DNA from: a virus
Lineage: Duplodnaviria; Caudoviricetes
Length of the DNA stretch: 57,372 nucleotides
IMG/VR virus record: IMGVR_UViG_3300037483_000275
Coordinates: 1-57,372 of that record
Direction: 5' to 3' (one strand)
Below the pieces are notes generated by a model. It worked only from the letters and a program-made list of their open reading frames with translations, was not told where the DNA came from and ran no database searches. Both the position numbers and the translations under genes were made by a program. Below, in pieces: positions 19,616 to 29,824 of this stretch; position 1 is the first letter of the stretch; each line of letters starts with the position of its first letter.

Positions 19616-20794
19616 ATGAGCGAACGACAAGCGATGCGGGACTATCTCGACAGCCGGCTCGTCCTCATCCGAGCGGACGCCGATCTGATGAAACGCCGGT
19701 CCAGCTCGCCCACGGTGGATGAGGCCGCTGTCCGTCAGATGGCCCTGGTGGACGAAGCGCTGGCGGAGACGCCGAAGATCGAGACGTTGCCGCCTCAGGT
19801 GATCGAACGCCGGAGCGGGGCGGAACGCCGGAGCGGAAAGGACGTGGAGGGAATGTCAGGGAAACGAAGGGGTAAACGCCGGGGTAAGCCGTGGCAGGAA
19901 CCCGCCCCTCCACCTGTGGAGGAGCCGATACCCGAGCCCGAACTGCCACCCATCGAGGAGCCACTACCCGAGCCGCTACCAGAGCCCGAGCCCGAGCTGC
20001 CTCCACCGCCCACAGCCGGGATCATCTACCGGGATCGGTTCACGGGCCAGCAGCATGATCCGGCGACCAACGGATTCAGCTATGCGGCTCCGACCGCCGG
20101 CGCCGGTGCGCTGTTCGTGCTCCGGAAGGATGAGCAGGGCCGGGACGTCTACCGGCTCGACATCTCGGCCGATGGGAACGACAACCGGAACGAGCAGCGG
20201 TACAGCTTCCCGAAGAGAACGAAGCTCTTCGTCGGGTTCACGCGCCGGATGTCCCCGAACTTCACGCACGAGAATCTCGAGGGACCCGACAATTGGAAAC
20301 AGTTGCGACTCTTCAGCGAGCCATACGAGATCGCAGGCGGCATCCACACTGGATTCAGTTTGTTGCCGCAGGCCGATGGCAAGACGGCGTGTATCCTGTT
20401 TGAGTGCAAGAGCAATACCGCGACCGGAGGTCCACTCAACGTGTGCGACAACAAGGGCACATGGGACACCATTGCGTTGCCTGACAAGCTGGAGCGGTGG
20501 GGGTTCCTGGTTGAGCTGGCGACGGGACCGGGTAAGAAGGACGGGAGGATGCAGTTCTGGTTGAACGGCGTCGATCTGATGAAGAAGCAGATGGACAAGG
20601 TCCTAGCCCAAGGCGGAATCCCGTTCGATTGGAACGCCTTGGACATCTGGAACTATATGACCGGCGGACGGAACTACTTCGACCGGGGATTCTATCCCGG
20701 CTGGGATAACGCCGGATCGACGAACCCGGAGTTTCTGGATTATCACGAGTTCGTGCTGGCCGATGCTCCGCTGGCCGAATACATCATGCCGTGA
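19616..20794 (+). CDS. Protein with Pro/Glu linker and lectin/polysaccharide-lyase-like C-terminal domain
   Basis: (PE)n linker; NWKQLRL and KDGRMQFWLNG resemble the C-terminal domain of the 12951 ORF. Confidence 0.5.
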   Translation: MSERQAMRDYLDSRLVLIRADADLMKRRSSSPTVDEAAVRQMALVDEALAETPKIETLPPQVIERRSGAERRSGKDVEGMSGKRRGKRRGKPWQEPAPPPVEEPIPEPELPPIEEPLPEPLPEPEPELPPPPTAGIIYRDRFTGQQHDPATNGFSYAAPTAGAGALFVLRKDEQGRDVYRLDISADGNDNRNEQRYSFPKRTKLFVGFTRRMSPNFTHENLEGPDNWKQLRLFSEPYEIAGGIHTGFSLLPQADGKTACILFECKSNTATGGPLNVCDNKGTWDTIALPDKLERWGFLVELATGPGKKDGRMQFWLNGVDLMKKQMDKVLAQGGIPFDWNALDIWNYMTGGRNYFDRGFYPGWDNAGSTNPEFLDYHEFVLADAPLAEYIMP

Positions 20795-20866
20795 CCTGAT
20801 GCTGGAGAAGCGCGAGCCCTCGACCGGAGGAAACTGAGATGACGTTTGAGACCGTGGTAATCACCA

Positions 20867-21154
20867 TTGGCTAATTCGGACACGGCGTTTCCCGAACGGC
20901 GCCACCACGGATGGCGCGTCCAAGAAATCGGCGTACTGATCATGCTACTGGTCCAGCTCGCCGGGCTGATCTGGGGGGCGGCCACGCTCAAGAACGGCGT
21001 AGATCAAACAGCCGCCGTTGTACGCGAACTCCGCGGCGTCGTGAATCGCGTCGACGAACGTCAGCGAAGCGGGGAGATTGACGATGCCCGGCGCGACGGC
21101 CGGATGGATGCGATTCAGGGGATGCTCACGGAACTCCAAAAACGGGTTCGCTAA
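20867..21154 (+). CDS. Small membrane protein (1 TM plus coiled coil), lysis cassette
   Basis: IGVLIMLLVQLAGLIWGAA hydrophobic segment followed by coiled coil; TTG start uncertain. Confidence 0.5.
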   Translation: MANSDTAFPERRHHGWRVQEIGVLIMLLVQLAGLIWGAATLKNGVDQTAAVVRELRGVVNRVDERQRSGEIDDARRDGRMDAIQGMLTELQKRVR

Positions 21155-21169
21155 TCGGAGGTCGCCACG

Positions 21170-21523
21170 ATGATTCCCCCGAAGACGAAGACCGCACTGG
21201 AGAAGTTCTTGGGCATTCCGGGAGCCGTGGTGGCCATGCTCACGGTCCTGGTGCTAGGCTTTAAGTTCTGCGGTGTGGACTTGTTAGGCCCGGGGGATAA
21301 GCTCAAGCGGCATGAAGCGTATTCGCAGGGCTACCACCGCGCCATTGATTCCACGCGCCAGCACGATCAGCAAGACGATGTGGCGGATCGAGCGGTCATT
21401 GAAGGGCTCGCCCGGGGGGAATGCTTAGAGAACCCCTGTCGTCAGCTTGATGCCCAGAAGATGATCCGCTACTGCGTCAACCTGGGATACGAACGCTGCC
21501 GCCGATGGAGGGATAGTACGTGA
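21170..21523 (+). CDS. Membrane-anchored Cys-containing protein, lysis cassette
   Basis: GGAGG RBS, one TM segment, C-terminal Cys cluster. Confidence 0.5.
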   Translation: MIPPKTKTALEKFLGIPGAVVAMLTVLVLGFKFCGVDLLGPGDKLKRHEAYSQGYHRAIDSTRQHDQQDDVADRAVIEGLARGECLENPCRQLDAQKMIRYCVNLGYERCRRWRDST

Positions 21524-21837
21524 CGCCGGTCGAATCGGAGGAACCAATGCAGCTCTTGAAAGATGAAACTGGGTCCTGGTCGAGTGCCCGCTGTTCCTTC
21601 TGGCTCGCCCTGCTCTCGACCCTCGTGCTGGTCACGTGGGACGGCGCCTCGACCCGCTTCAGTGTGCCGGAGCCGGGCTACACGGTGCTGGGCGCCATCC
21701 TCACCATCACCGGCGTCTGGGCGGTGGGTCCCCGGATCGCGCAGTACCTCGGGCCGCAGTTAGGCGCGATTGTGAGTGCGATCGGGCAGACTAAACGCAG
21801 CAAGGAACCGGATCTGTACCATGACGATGAACGCTAA
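21520..21837 (+). CDS. Putative holin (2 TM)
   Basis: Two TM helices and charged C-terminus, directly upstream of the amidase; true start may be 21547. Confidence 0.6.
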   Translation: MTPVESEEPMQLLKDETGSWSSARCSFWLALLSTLVLVTWDGASTRFSVPEPGYTVLGAILTITGVWAVGPRIAQYLGPQLGAIVSAIGQTKRSKEPDLYHDDER

Positions 21838-22315
21838 CTGGGGGTCGCTCAAGGAAGCGCGCATCGGCATCGGCCTGCATTATGACGGGAGCCTCACCGA
21901 TCGGGGCGCGCTGGACTGGTTCTCGCACAAGGATTGCCGGGTCAGCTACACCTACCTGCTCTGGGACAACGGCAACATTCACCCGATCGCGCCGCGTACT
22001 GCCCGGGCATATCATATGGGCGTCTGTCGTCCCTCCTCGCCGGATCTCCAGTACCGGGACGCGAATTCGGCGCTCTACGGGCTCGCGCTCGCGGCCCGCC
22101 CGCCAGATACCGCCCTGCCCGCGCAAGTGGACTCGCTGGTCGCACTCTGCATTTCGCTCTTTCAGCAGCATGGGTGGAGTCGGGAAGAGACGTGGCGGAT
22201 CGTGGGGCACAGTTCGGAGTGCTGGCCGAGAAATCGCAAAATAGATCCAGTCGGCCCTGATCCCTTGCGGCCCGTGTTGAGTGTCGAGGAAGTCAGAAAG
22301 CGAGTACTCGGATGA
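21827..22315 (+). CDS. Endolysin, N-acetylmuramoyl-L-alanine amidase (Amidase_2)
   Basis: IGLHY, VSYTYL, RAYHMG, IVGHS...RKIDP zinc amidase motifs. Confidence 0.88.
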   Translation: MNANWGSLKEARIGIGLHYDGSLTDRGALDWFSHKDCRVSYTYLLWDNGNIHPIAPRTARAYHMGVCRPSSPDLQYRDANSALYGLALAARPPDTALPAQVDSLVALCISLFQQHGWSREETWRIVGHSSECWPRNRKIDPVGPDPLRPVLSVEEVRKRVLG

Positions 22316-22929
22316 CCGACAGTTGGGAGGTCCGCTGTGCGCGGGGTGGCTGGTGGGAAGACGCGCTGCTGCAACGCCAATCGTTCCCCGTCGCGCCGCG
22401 GAATGCGCTCTCGAATCTCGCGTATCCCCTGGTCGGTGGGTTGCTGTACTTCTCAGCGCCCTCGTGGACCTCGGATATCTTCGCGCTAATGCTGCTGGTG
22501 TTAGGCATCGGCTCCGGCCTCTATCACTGGTTCAAAAGCGCTGCCGCCAACAAGCTTGATCACTTGGGGATGTACGCCGTGTTTCTGGCACTCGTGACCT
22601 ACGCCGTCGCGGGACCGTCACCAGCAACGCCCTGGCTGATGCTGGGGTTCTCGGCTGTGGGCGCTCCGCTGTTTACCTACCGCCGGAAGACAGCCAACCT
22701 CAACATCCCCATGGGCCTCACGCTGGGAGTCTGCGCCCTGATTAGTCTGGTGCCTGGTGCGCCCGGTCATGCGGGGCTGGCGCTGGCGAGCGTGGGTGTC
22801 TTCGGGTTGGCGTTCCTCTGCTGGCGGTTGGACCGGACGCGGAAATTCCTCTTTCCGTTGTGGGGTCACGCGGCCTGGCACGGCCTAACGGCTGCTGCTA
22901 TTGGCCTCATGTACCAGGCGGTGGGATGA
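22312..22929 (+). CDS. Ceramidase-like (CREST superfamily) multi-TM membrane hydrolase
   Basis: NALSNLAY, GIGSGLYH (SxxxH), LDHLGM and GHAAWHGLTA (HxxWH); about 7 TM. Confidence 0.7.
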   Translation: MTDSWEVRCARGGWWEDALLQRQSFPVAPRNALSNLAYPLVGGLLYFSAPSWTSDIFALMLLVLGIGSGLYHWFKSAAANKLDHLGMYAVFLALVTYAVAGPSPATPWLMLGFSAVGAPLFTYRRKTANLNIPMGLTLGVCALISLVPGAPGHAGLALASVGVFGLAFLCWRLDRTRKFLFPLWGHAAWHGLTAAAIGLMYQAVG

Positions 22930-23603
22930 TGTGGGACTGGCGGCGGGTTGCGATCGCGGCGCTGGTGCTCCTCGTCCTGGGTTTCCTCGCCGGCCGGGCC
23001 AGTGTGCCCGAGGTGGACCTGACACGGTCGGATTCTCTCACGGTGACCAAGCCCGCCCATGACGCGCTCCGGGATAGCACCCGGCGGTTCGCGGATTCGG
23101 CTGTTGCGGCTGGCCGTGCGGATTCTATCGAGAATGCCCGGCTCGCCCGGGTTGCCGCATCAGCTCGTGCGGCAGGACAGCGAGCGGTCGAGGTCGCGGG
23201 TGTGCTGGCGCAACAACTGGATTCCGCCCGATCGGCGGCGGACTCGGTGCCGGTCCTAGTCGCTGTCAATGTCCTGCTGTCACAGGCGGTCGATAGTCTA
23301 GGAGCCGCGGCGGATTCGTTCAGTGTTGCCTACCAGCGGGAACAGCAGGTCTCCGCGACTTACCGGCTCGCCCTCGTGGCCCAAGGTGAACAAATCGCTC
23401 GTGACTCAGTTCGGCTGGAGGTCTATCAGTCCATCGTGGATGGACTCCGGAAAGCCGCGAAGGGCTGTCGTGTGCCGTTGACAAAACTTAGGTGCCCGAT
23501 GGTGACGGGTACGGCGGATATATCCGGAGGGGCGCTAGTGAGTGCAGTGTACCCAGTGTCGTCTCTGGTCGCGGTGGGTGTGTCCTATCGGGTTCTCAAG
23601 TAA
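22926..23603 (+). CDS. Putative spanin-like protein (N-terminal TM, Ala-rich coiled coil)
   Basis: N-terminal TM anchor and long coiled coil at the end of the lysis cassette. Confidence 0.45.
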   Translation: MMWDWRRVAIAALVLLVLGFLAGRASVPEVDLTRSDSLTVTKPAHDALRDSTRRFADSAVAAGRADSIENARLARVAASARAAGQRAVEVAGVLAQQLDSARSAADSVPVLVAVNVLLSQAVDSLGAAADSFSVAYQREQQVSATYRLALVAQGEQIARDSVRLEVYQSIVDGLRKAAKGCRVPLTKLRCPMVTGTADISGGALVSAVYPVSSLVAVGVSYRVLK

Positions 23604-23624
23604 CGCTAACACGAGGGTGTGACA

Positions 23625-24032
23625 ATGGCAGACTTTTCCAATTACGCTGAAACCGAAATTGCGGGCTGGGTGGCCGGAACGGCTGACCCGGATGTGGTGA
23701 GCGCCGGGCGTTTCCTCGCGCTATTTACGGCCGTCACCGACGCAGAAGTCGGAACCGGCACGGAAGTTTCCACCGGCGGCACTGCCTATGCCCGCGAAAA
23801 CCTATCGGGACAGATCAGCGTCACGGTGGGTGCAATCACCAACGCAGCGGACATTGAGTTCCCGGAGGCCACCGCGAGCTGGGGGACGGTCACCCATGCG
23901 GCCATCGTGGACTCGGCCTCTGGAGCGTTTAACGCCATTAGCACCATCAAGGCGTTGGCTGCGTCCAAGGCGATTGGCTCGGGCGATGTGTTCCGAGTTA
24001 AGGCGGGGGATTTAGACTTTGAGGTCCAGTGA
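23625..24032 (+). CDS. Small virion structural/decoration protein
   Basis: FSNYAE...LALFT...EVS...YAR...FPEATASWGTVTH pattern common in phage virion accessory proteins. Confidence 0.6.
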   Translation: MADFSNYAETEIAGWVAGTADPDVVSAGRFLALFTAVTDAEVGTGTEVSTGGTAYARENLSGQISVTVGAITNAADIEFPEATASWGTVTHAAIVDSASGAFNAISTIKALAASKAIGSGDVFRVKAGDLDFEVQ

Positions 24033-24090
24033 GTAGTAATTTATGCGTTGATGCTATATCTTTCTCCCGTGCCTTAACGGGAGCAAAGAC

Positions 24091-24900
24091 GTGGCTCAAC
24101 GGTTTGTCATTCCCGCCGATCTGCGGGACAGCATCATCGAGCAGTACCAGTCGGGCGTGGCCGTGCGGCAGATCGCCTTAGCCCACGGGTGGAAGCAGGA
24201 ACGCCTTTCGCGAGAGTTGCGGGCGTTAGGCGTTCGTATGCGCCGGCATGCCGGTCATCGGTTCCGGCCCCAAGAGGAGATCGCTATCGTGGCAGCCTAC
24301 CGGAAGGGGAAGAGTCTTCGGAGTATCGCGGCCCACTATGGGTCGTGTGAGGTAACAGTGCGCCGAGTACTCCGGCGACACCGAGTCCCCTTGCGGCCAC
24401 CGGGCGGGCAGAAGCCGTCCATATGGCGGTTTCCACGTCAGGTTGAGCGGGCCATTGCCTTGCGTAAGCAGGGCTTGAGCGAAGCGGCGATTGGTAAACG
24501 CCTCGGCGTCGAGCAGACAACCGTCAATCGCCTAATGCGGCGTCATGGGTTGGTAGGCAGAAAAGCCAAAGGCGAGGACCACGGCAACTGGAAGGGGGGA
24601 CGGCACGTCACGGCAATCGGGTACGTGCAAGTCCTCGTGGCGCTAAATGATCCCTATCGCAGCATGGCTAACTCCTCCGGTTACGTCATGGAGCATCGGT
24701 TAGTCATGGCGCAACAGTTAGGCCGGGCTCTTCGGAGAGAAGAGACTGTTCACCACGTCAATGGAGACCGGGCCGATAACCGACCCGAGAATTTGCAGCT
24801 GCGGATCGGCAAACACGGGAACGGAACGGCCTATGTTTGCGCCGACTGCGGTTCGCATAACATGCGGGCACTACCACTAGCTGCAACCGGTAGTACGTAA
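24091..24900 (+). CDS. HNH homing endonuclease with N-terminal HTH repeats
   Basis: Three HTH-like units, NWKGG, EHRLVM...ETVHHVNGDRADNRPENL. Confidence 0.88.
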   Translation: MAQRFVIPADLRDSIIEQYQSGVAVRQIALAHGWKQERLSRELRALGVRMRRHAGHRFRPQEEIAIVAAYRKGKSLRSIAAHYGSCEVTVRRVLRRHRVPLRPPGGQKPSIWRFPRQVERAIALRKQGLSEAAIGKRLGVEQTTVNRLMRRHGLVGRKAKGEDHGNWKGGRHVTAIGYVQVLVALNDPYRSMANSSGYVMEHRLVMAQQLGRALRREETVHHVNGDRADNRPENLQLRIGKHGNGTAYVCADCGSHNMRALPLAATGST

Positions 24901-24915
24901 CCCTGGCAGGGAGTA

Positions 24916-26475
24916 ATGATGGCTGACAGATGGCGCGTTCTCGGTCTTCTCGCCCTAGCGGCCTGCACGGCGCCCACCGATTCAGACCTCCAGAATCCCA
25001 CGCTCGCCGTGGGTTCCCCGGAGGCTCGCGCCTACATCGTGACGCTGGCCCGGGGTGTGGACGCGCAGTCCATTGCACACGCCCACGGGCTAACGCCACG
25101 GTTCGTCTACCGTTCGGCCCTGACGGGGTTCGCGGCGGAGATTCCGGACCAGGCCATCGAAGGGTTGCGGCGGAATCCCCTGGTCCAGTCTATCGAGTTA
25201 GATGGAATCGCCACAATACAGACTGACCAAGTGAATCCCCCCTCTTGGGGATTAGACCGGATTGACCAGCGCCTCCTGCCATTGAACCAGCTCTACGCCT
25301 ACGAAACCCAAGGTAGCGGAGTCACCGCTTACATCATCGACACGGGGATACACACTCATTCCGAATTCGCGGGGCGGCTCACCTCCGGATACGATTTTAT
25401 CGACAACGATGCGGATGCGGATGATTGTCATGGGCATGGGACCCATGTCGCGGGGACCGTGGCCGGGACCACGGTCGGCGTGGCGAAGCAAGCCAGTCTA
25501 GTCGCGGTGCGTGTGCTGGGGTGCAATGGGAGCGGGACGTGGTCCCAGGTGATTGCGGGAGTGGATTGGGTGGTGGCGAATGCCCGCCGCCCCGCTGTGG
25601 CGAATATGTCGCTGGGTGGTGGGCGGTTGGATGCGGTCAACTTGGCGGTGGATAATGCCGTGGTGGCGGGAATCGTCTTTGCTGTCGCGGCGGGCAATAA
25701 CGGGTCGAATGCGTGCAACCTCTCCCCGGCCGGCGCGGGGAATGCGCTGACAACGGGCGCCACTGACATCACCGATACCCGTGCCACGTTCTCCAATTTC
25801 GGAACCTGCCTGGATGTGTTTGCGCCTGGGGTGAACATCCGGTCGTCCGTGCAGAACGGCGGATATGAGAACTGGAACGGGACCTCCATGGCGACGCCCC
25901 ATGTCGCGGGCGTGGCCGCGCTGGAATTGGCGGCCTATCCTGCGGCGAGTGCGTTTGAAGTGAACGCGGCCATCAAGGGCTACGCGACGCCGGACCGGGT
26001 CGTGAATGCGGGGACCGGATCACCGAACCGTTTGCTGTTTAGCCTGATCACCACTTTTAGTCTGCCTGCTCCGGAGCCACCGACACCGCCGCTACCGCCG
26101 CTTCCACCCCCTCCTCCACCTTCCCCTTCCGTCGTGGTGCATATCGGGGATCTGGACGGGTCCGCGATGACAAAGCCTCGTGGCCATGGTCCTTGGAAAG
26201 TGTCGGTGTCTGTCCTAGTGCATGACGGCAACCATGCGCCGGTCGCCGGAGTCCAGTCAACCGGCAAGTTCGATGGGGCGCTGCACGCGTGTAGTACTGG
26301 ACCCGATGGACGATGCACCATGACCGCGGCCGTGTCGGCCAAGAAGGCGAGCGTCACGTTTGAGGCGGGTGGGATCTACTCCAAGGATGAGCGGGTCATC
26401 TTTTACGACTACAACCTCTATCATGATCCAGACGGTGACAGCGACGGACGCCGCCTAGTTGTACCGCGGATCTAA
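24916..26475 (+). CDS. S8 subtilisin-family (aqualysin/proteinase K-like) serine protease lipoprotein with I9 prodomain
   Basis: Lipobox LAAC; catalytic [26 protein letters not shown]; Pro-rich linker and C-terminal beta domain. Confidence 0.95.
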   Translation: MMADRWRVLGLLALAACTAPTDSDLQNPTLAVGSPEARAYIVTLARGVDAQSIAHAHGLTPRFVYRSALTGFAAEIPDQAIEGLRRNPLVQSIELDGIATIQTDQVNPPSWGLDRIDQRLLPLNQLYAYETQGSGVTAYIIDTGIHTHSEFAGRLTSGYDFIDNDADADDCHGHGTHVAGTVAGTTVGVAKQASLVAVRVLGCNGSGTWSQVIAGVDWVVANARRPAVANMSLGGGRLDAVNLAVDNAVVAGIVFAVAAGNNGSNACNLSPAGAGNALTTGATDITDTRATFSNFGTCLDVFAPGVNIRSSVQNGGYENWNGTSMATPHVAGVAALELAAYPAASAFEVNAAIKGYATPDRVVNAGTGSPNRLLFSLITTFSLPAPEPPTPPLPPLPPPPPPSPSVVVHIGDLDGSAMTKPRGHGPWKVSVSVLVHDGNHAPVAGVQSTGKFDGALHACSTGPDGRCTMTAAVSAKKASVTFEAGGIYSKDERVIFYDYNLYHDPDGDSDGRRLVVPRI

Positions 26476-26476
26476 C

Positions 26477-26743
26477 GTGGCGACTTCGGATGACATCGGC
26501 GCGCTCCGCGCTCAGACCCTCGACGATGTGATGGCACACCTACGTGGAGAGATTCGGGCACGGCGGGCGCTCGCTGAGGATGTCGCGGCTCTCACGGAGA
26601 AGCTGGATACGTTAGGATCGCCGCTCTGGAAGCGGATCTGGTGGCGCATTGATGGCTATCAGTCGTGGTGGATTGTTGAACGACGCCGTGATCGACGGCC
26701 GTGGCATTGGTACGGCGGACCTGAGCGGCGTAAGGCGTCCTGA
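26477..26743 (+). CDS. Hypothetical protein
   Basis: Fills the gap between S8 and the 26743 ORF with TGATG coupling. Confidence 0.5.
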   Translation: MATSDDIGALRAQTLDDVMAHLRGEIRARRALAEDVAALTEKLDTLGSPLWKRIWWRIDGYQSWWIVERRRDRRPWHWYGGPERRKAS

Positions 26744-29520
26744 TGAGCGCGACGCTCTATTTTCGCACAGTATCTGTCAGCCTGTGGCACAACATTAGCC
26801 AGCTGTTTTCGCTCAAGGATGCCGGTCGCGGGGTCACGCCAGGAGATAGTCTCGTCGAAGGCGGAGGCACCAGCCCACCGCTGCTCTTGACGGAGACGAT
26901 CGGCACTGGAGCTGGCTCAACCCTCGGTACCACCACGGTCGCCGGAATGACCGCTGGTCGCTTGTTACCGACTGAGACCAACCCCCGGTTCTTCATCACT
27001 GCACCGCTCGCCGCAGACGTCACGATCATCGGGACCGTCTCCTTCGACGTGTACGCCCACGAATCGAGCATGAACGCGAACGCCACCGTCCGCGTGGCGC
27101 TCTATCGGGTGGACGAACAGGGCGGGCTCACGCTCATCGTCGACAGCTCCTTCGGCACGGAATTGGGCACCAGCAAGGCGCTCAAGAGTTGGACCGCCAG
27201 CCCGACCAGCACCGCGATGAAACGGGGGGATCGCTTTGCGGCCCTCGTCCTCTGGGATGATGCCGGCGCGATCACGATGGGCAACGGATTCACCTGCACA
27301 TTCACCTTCGGTGGCGAGAACGCGGATGCATCGGATTCCCGCATCAGCTTCACGGAAACCCCAACCTTCATCACAGCGGATCCATCGGGCTCCACCTACT
27401 ATCTCCGAGACACGGCGTCCGACATTAGCGGCGGGAAGGTCCTGAGCACGGTGCAGGGGAGCGGGACGGTGGAGGCGGTGCATACGACCCTGACGGGGCC
27501 GCTCACCTTCCCTGGCGACCAGTGGACATTGACGGCGGGCGGATCAGATGCGGAATGGTTCACGCCCGCTCTTGACGCCTTCACGCTCCAAGACGTGGTG
27601 CTGGCCGAGGTTCGCAACCGCGGCACGCTGTTGGCGGATAGGCTGGAGAATAGCGCGAGCCCATTTGATACGCTGGTCCTGGAATTGGCGGTGGTGGATG
27701 CGGACGGGACCAATCCCGTCGTCTGGGCGCGGAGCTATACCAGTACTACCGACACCGCTGACCCCAAAAAGCATTACCTCACTGGGCCGGCCTTGGCGGT
27801 GGGGCAAGGCAAGCGACTCCGGTTCCGGCCCTTCTCCGATGATTTCAGGCCGAGTGGGGATCAGGTCAGCGGGACCGATCGTACAATCCGCTATGACGGG
27901 ACCTCGACTTACGCCACGCGGCTGATCTTCACCCAGACCATTACCGAAGCATCCGGCGTCTCCTACGTTGATGGGGCCTGGAGCGCAACGGGTATTGGGG
28001 TCGCCTCGGTCATAGCATCCGCTCTCCGCAATGCGGCGGTTTCGGCGTTAGGCACTGGCTCGCTCACGACGGACGCGCAGCGGCTCCAATCCACCTCCGT
28101 CAGTTACACCGGTATTGGGACAGCGGCACTCGCGGGCCAACGACTCGCGTTAGGCGCGGCGACATGGGCGGGGACGGGGACGGCCGCCTTCAATGCCAGC
28201 GCACTCCGGAACGCGGCAGTCACGTATACCGGGACCGGCACCCACGCGCTTGCGGGTTCGATTCGCACAGGCGCCGTCGCGTCGTGGACTGGCATCGGCA
28301 CGCTCACCGTTGCATCCCAGGCGATGCGTTCGACCAGTTGGAGCGCGGCAGGCGTCGGGGCGTGGAGTGCCACAGGGCTCCGGGTGCAGTCTACCACCTG
28401 GAGCGGGCTCGGAACCGGCACCTCTGCCCTCACGGGCACACGGGTACAGTCGGGGATCTGGTCCGCGTTAGGCGTCGGCCTCTTCACGGCGACCGCCGAC
28501 CAGGGCGGTGCGTTCGTGGATGCAATCTGGACCGCGGCGGGCACCGGAACCCTGACGACGACGGGACAACGGGTCCAGAGTACCACCTGGTCCGGAACGG
28601 GCGTAGGAGCGTTTTCTGCTGCTGCTGTGCGGGTCCAGTCCTTGACATGGAGTGCCACCGGGGTCGGTCTCTTCTCGGCAACCGCGGGTCTGCTCCAATC
28701 CGCGGCCTGGTCTGGACTGGGCACTGGGACATGGACGACCATCGCAGTCCGGGTACAATCCAGCGCCTGGTCCGCTCTCGGCATCGGGTTGTGGTCCGCA
28801 ACTCCCAGCGCGATACGGACAGCGACGTGGTCCGCCGCTGGCGTGGGCACATGGTCCGCGTCTGCTCTTCGGCTGCAATCCGATTCCTGGTCCGGATTCG
28901 GGACGGGCACGTTTACGCCGGCGGGGTTGCGCGTCCAGTCTACGAGCTGGTCTGCTCTTGGCATCCTGACCTCTCGGATTGAAGCGGACCAGGGGGTCAA
29001 CTTCGTCGATGGTGTAGTGACGTGGACTGGCACGGGAACAGTGGCGGTCGTTGGTAGCTATATCGCCGCGGGGAGCGCGGCCTGGCTGGGACAGGGAACG
29101 TTCTTAACTATAGCGGGAGTTCTCCAGTCGGCCGCATGGACCAGCACGGGTATTGGCACTGCAACCTGGAGTGGGATACGGGTCGCGGATGCGGCCTGGA
29201 CTGGTTTAGGGATAGGGATCTTCTCGATAACCGCCGAGGCGACTTCCTATGTCGATGGAGTATGGTCCGGGATTGGGGTTGGCGTCGCGTCCTTCACCGC
29301 CTCACAGTTGGCGAGTGCGCAAGTCTCCTGGATCGGCATCGGGCTCTTTGATATTCTGCCTGTCACGGGCATCTCCATCCCCCGCGTGATCATCACGGTC
29401 GGATCGTCGTTGCAGCCCGTGTATGCGCGGGACTTGCCGTTACGGTCCACGTATGACCAAGCCCTCCTCCTCAGCCCCGAACAGGCAGGGGGCGACACCC
29501 TGACGCTCAAGGAGCCCTAA
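26743..29520 (+). CDS. Large virion fibre-like protein with ~20-aa Ser/Thr/Gly/Trp repeats
   Basis: C-terminal half made of RVQSxxWSxxGxGxxSAxxx-type 20-aa repeats. Confidence 0.65.
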   Translation: MSATLYFRTVSVSLWHNISQLFSLKDAGRGVTPGDSLVEGGGTSPPLLLTETIGTGAGSTLGTTTVAGMTAGRLLPTETNPRFFITAPLAADVTIIGTVSFDVYAHESSMNANATVRVALYRVDEQGGLTLIVDSSFGTELGTSKALKSWTASPTSTAMKRGDRFAALVLWDDAGAITMGNGFTCTFTFGGENADASDSRISFTETPTFITADPSGSTYYLRDTASDISGGKVLSTVQGSGTVEAVHTTLTGPLTFPGDQWTLTAGGSDAEWFTPALDAFTLQDVVLAEVRNRGTLLADRLENSASPFDTLVLELAVVDADGTNPVVWARSYTSTTDTADPKKHYLTGPALAVGQGKRLRFRPFSDDFRPSGDQVSGTDRTIRYDGTSTYATRLIFTQTITEASGVSYVDGAWSATGIGVASVIASALRNAAVSALGTGSLTTDAQRLQSTSVSYTGIGTAALAGQRLALGAATWAGTGTAAFNASALRNAAVTYTGTGTHALAGSIRTGAVASWTGIGTLTVASQAMRSTSWSAAGVGAWSATGLRVQSTTWSGLGTGTSALTGTRVQSGIWSALGVGLFTATADQGGAFVDAIWTAAGTGTLTTTGQRVQSTTWSGTGVGAFSAAAVRVQSLTWSATGVGLFSATAGLLQSAAWSGLGTGTWTTIAVRVQSSAWSALGIGLWSATPSAIRTATWSAAGVGTWSASALRLQSDSWSGFGTGTFTPAGLRVQSTSWSALGILTSRIEADQGVNFVDGVVTWTGTGTVAVVGSYIAAGSAAWLGQGTFLTIAGVLQSAAWTSTGIGTATWSGIRVADAAWTGLGIGIFSITAEATSYVDGVWSGIGVGVASFTASQLASAQVSWIGIGLFDILPVTGISIPRVIITVGSSLQPVYARDLPLRSTYDQALLLSPEQAGGDTLTLKEP

Positions 29521-29521
29521 A

Positions 29522-29824
29522 ATGCAAGCCGGGGAATATGGGATACTCTTGCGGTTCGAGACGGGACTCAGTCTTGCAGGGGTGGATAGTCTACAGCTCC
29601 TCCTGCGACGGCCCGATGGAACAACTGAGGAACTGATCGATGTTGATGTGGCAGACGAAGCCCTGGGAACCATTGAATACCGAACGGTGGAGGGCGATCT
29701 GACTATTCCGGGGGTGTACGAGCTCCAACTGATTGCGGATTTTGCGGCTGACCAGCAACTCCGCTCTCCGGTGCATCGGTTTCATGTGACGGAATCGCTA
29801 TCGGTGCTAGCTCCGGAATCGTGA
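29522..29824 (+). CDS. Small BppU/Ig-like virion protein
   Basis: RRPDG, GTIEYRTVEGDL..PGVYELQ pattern. Confidence 0.5.
   Translation: MQAGEYGILLRFETGLSLAGVDSLQLLLRRPDGTTEELIDVDVADEALGTIEYRTVEGDLTIPGVYELQLIADFAADQQLRSPVHRFHVTESLSVLAPES

Noticed and set aside
12951-20794. Diversity-generating retroelement acting on tail fibres
   Set aside because: No reverse transcriptase and no TR/VR pair with adenine-specific differences
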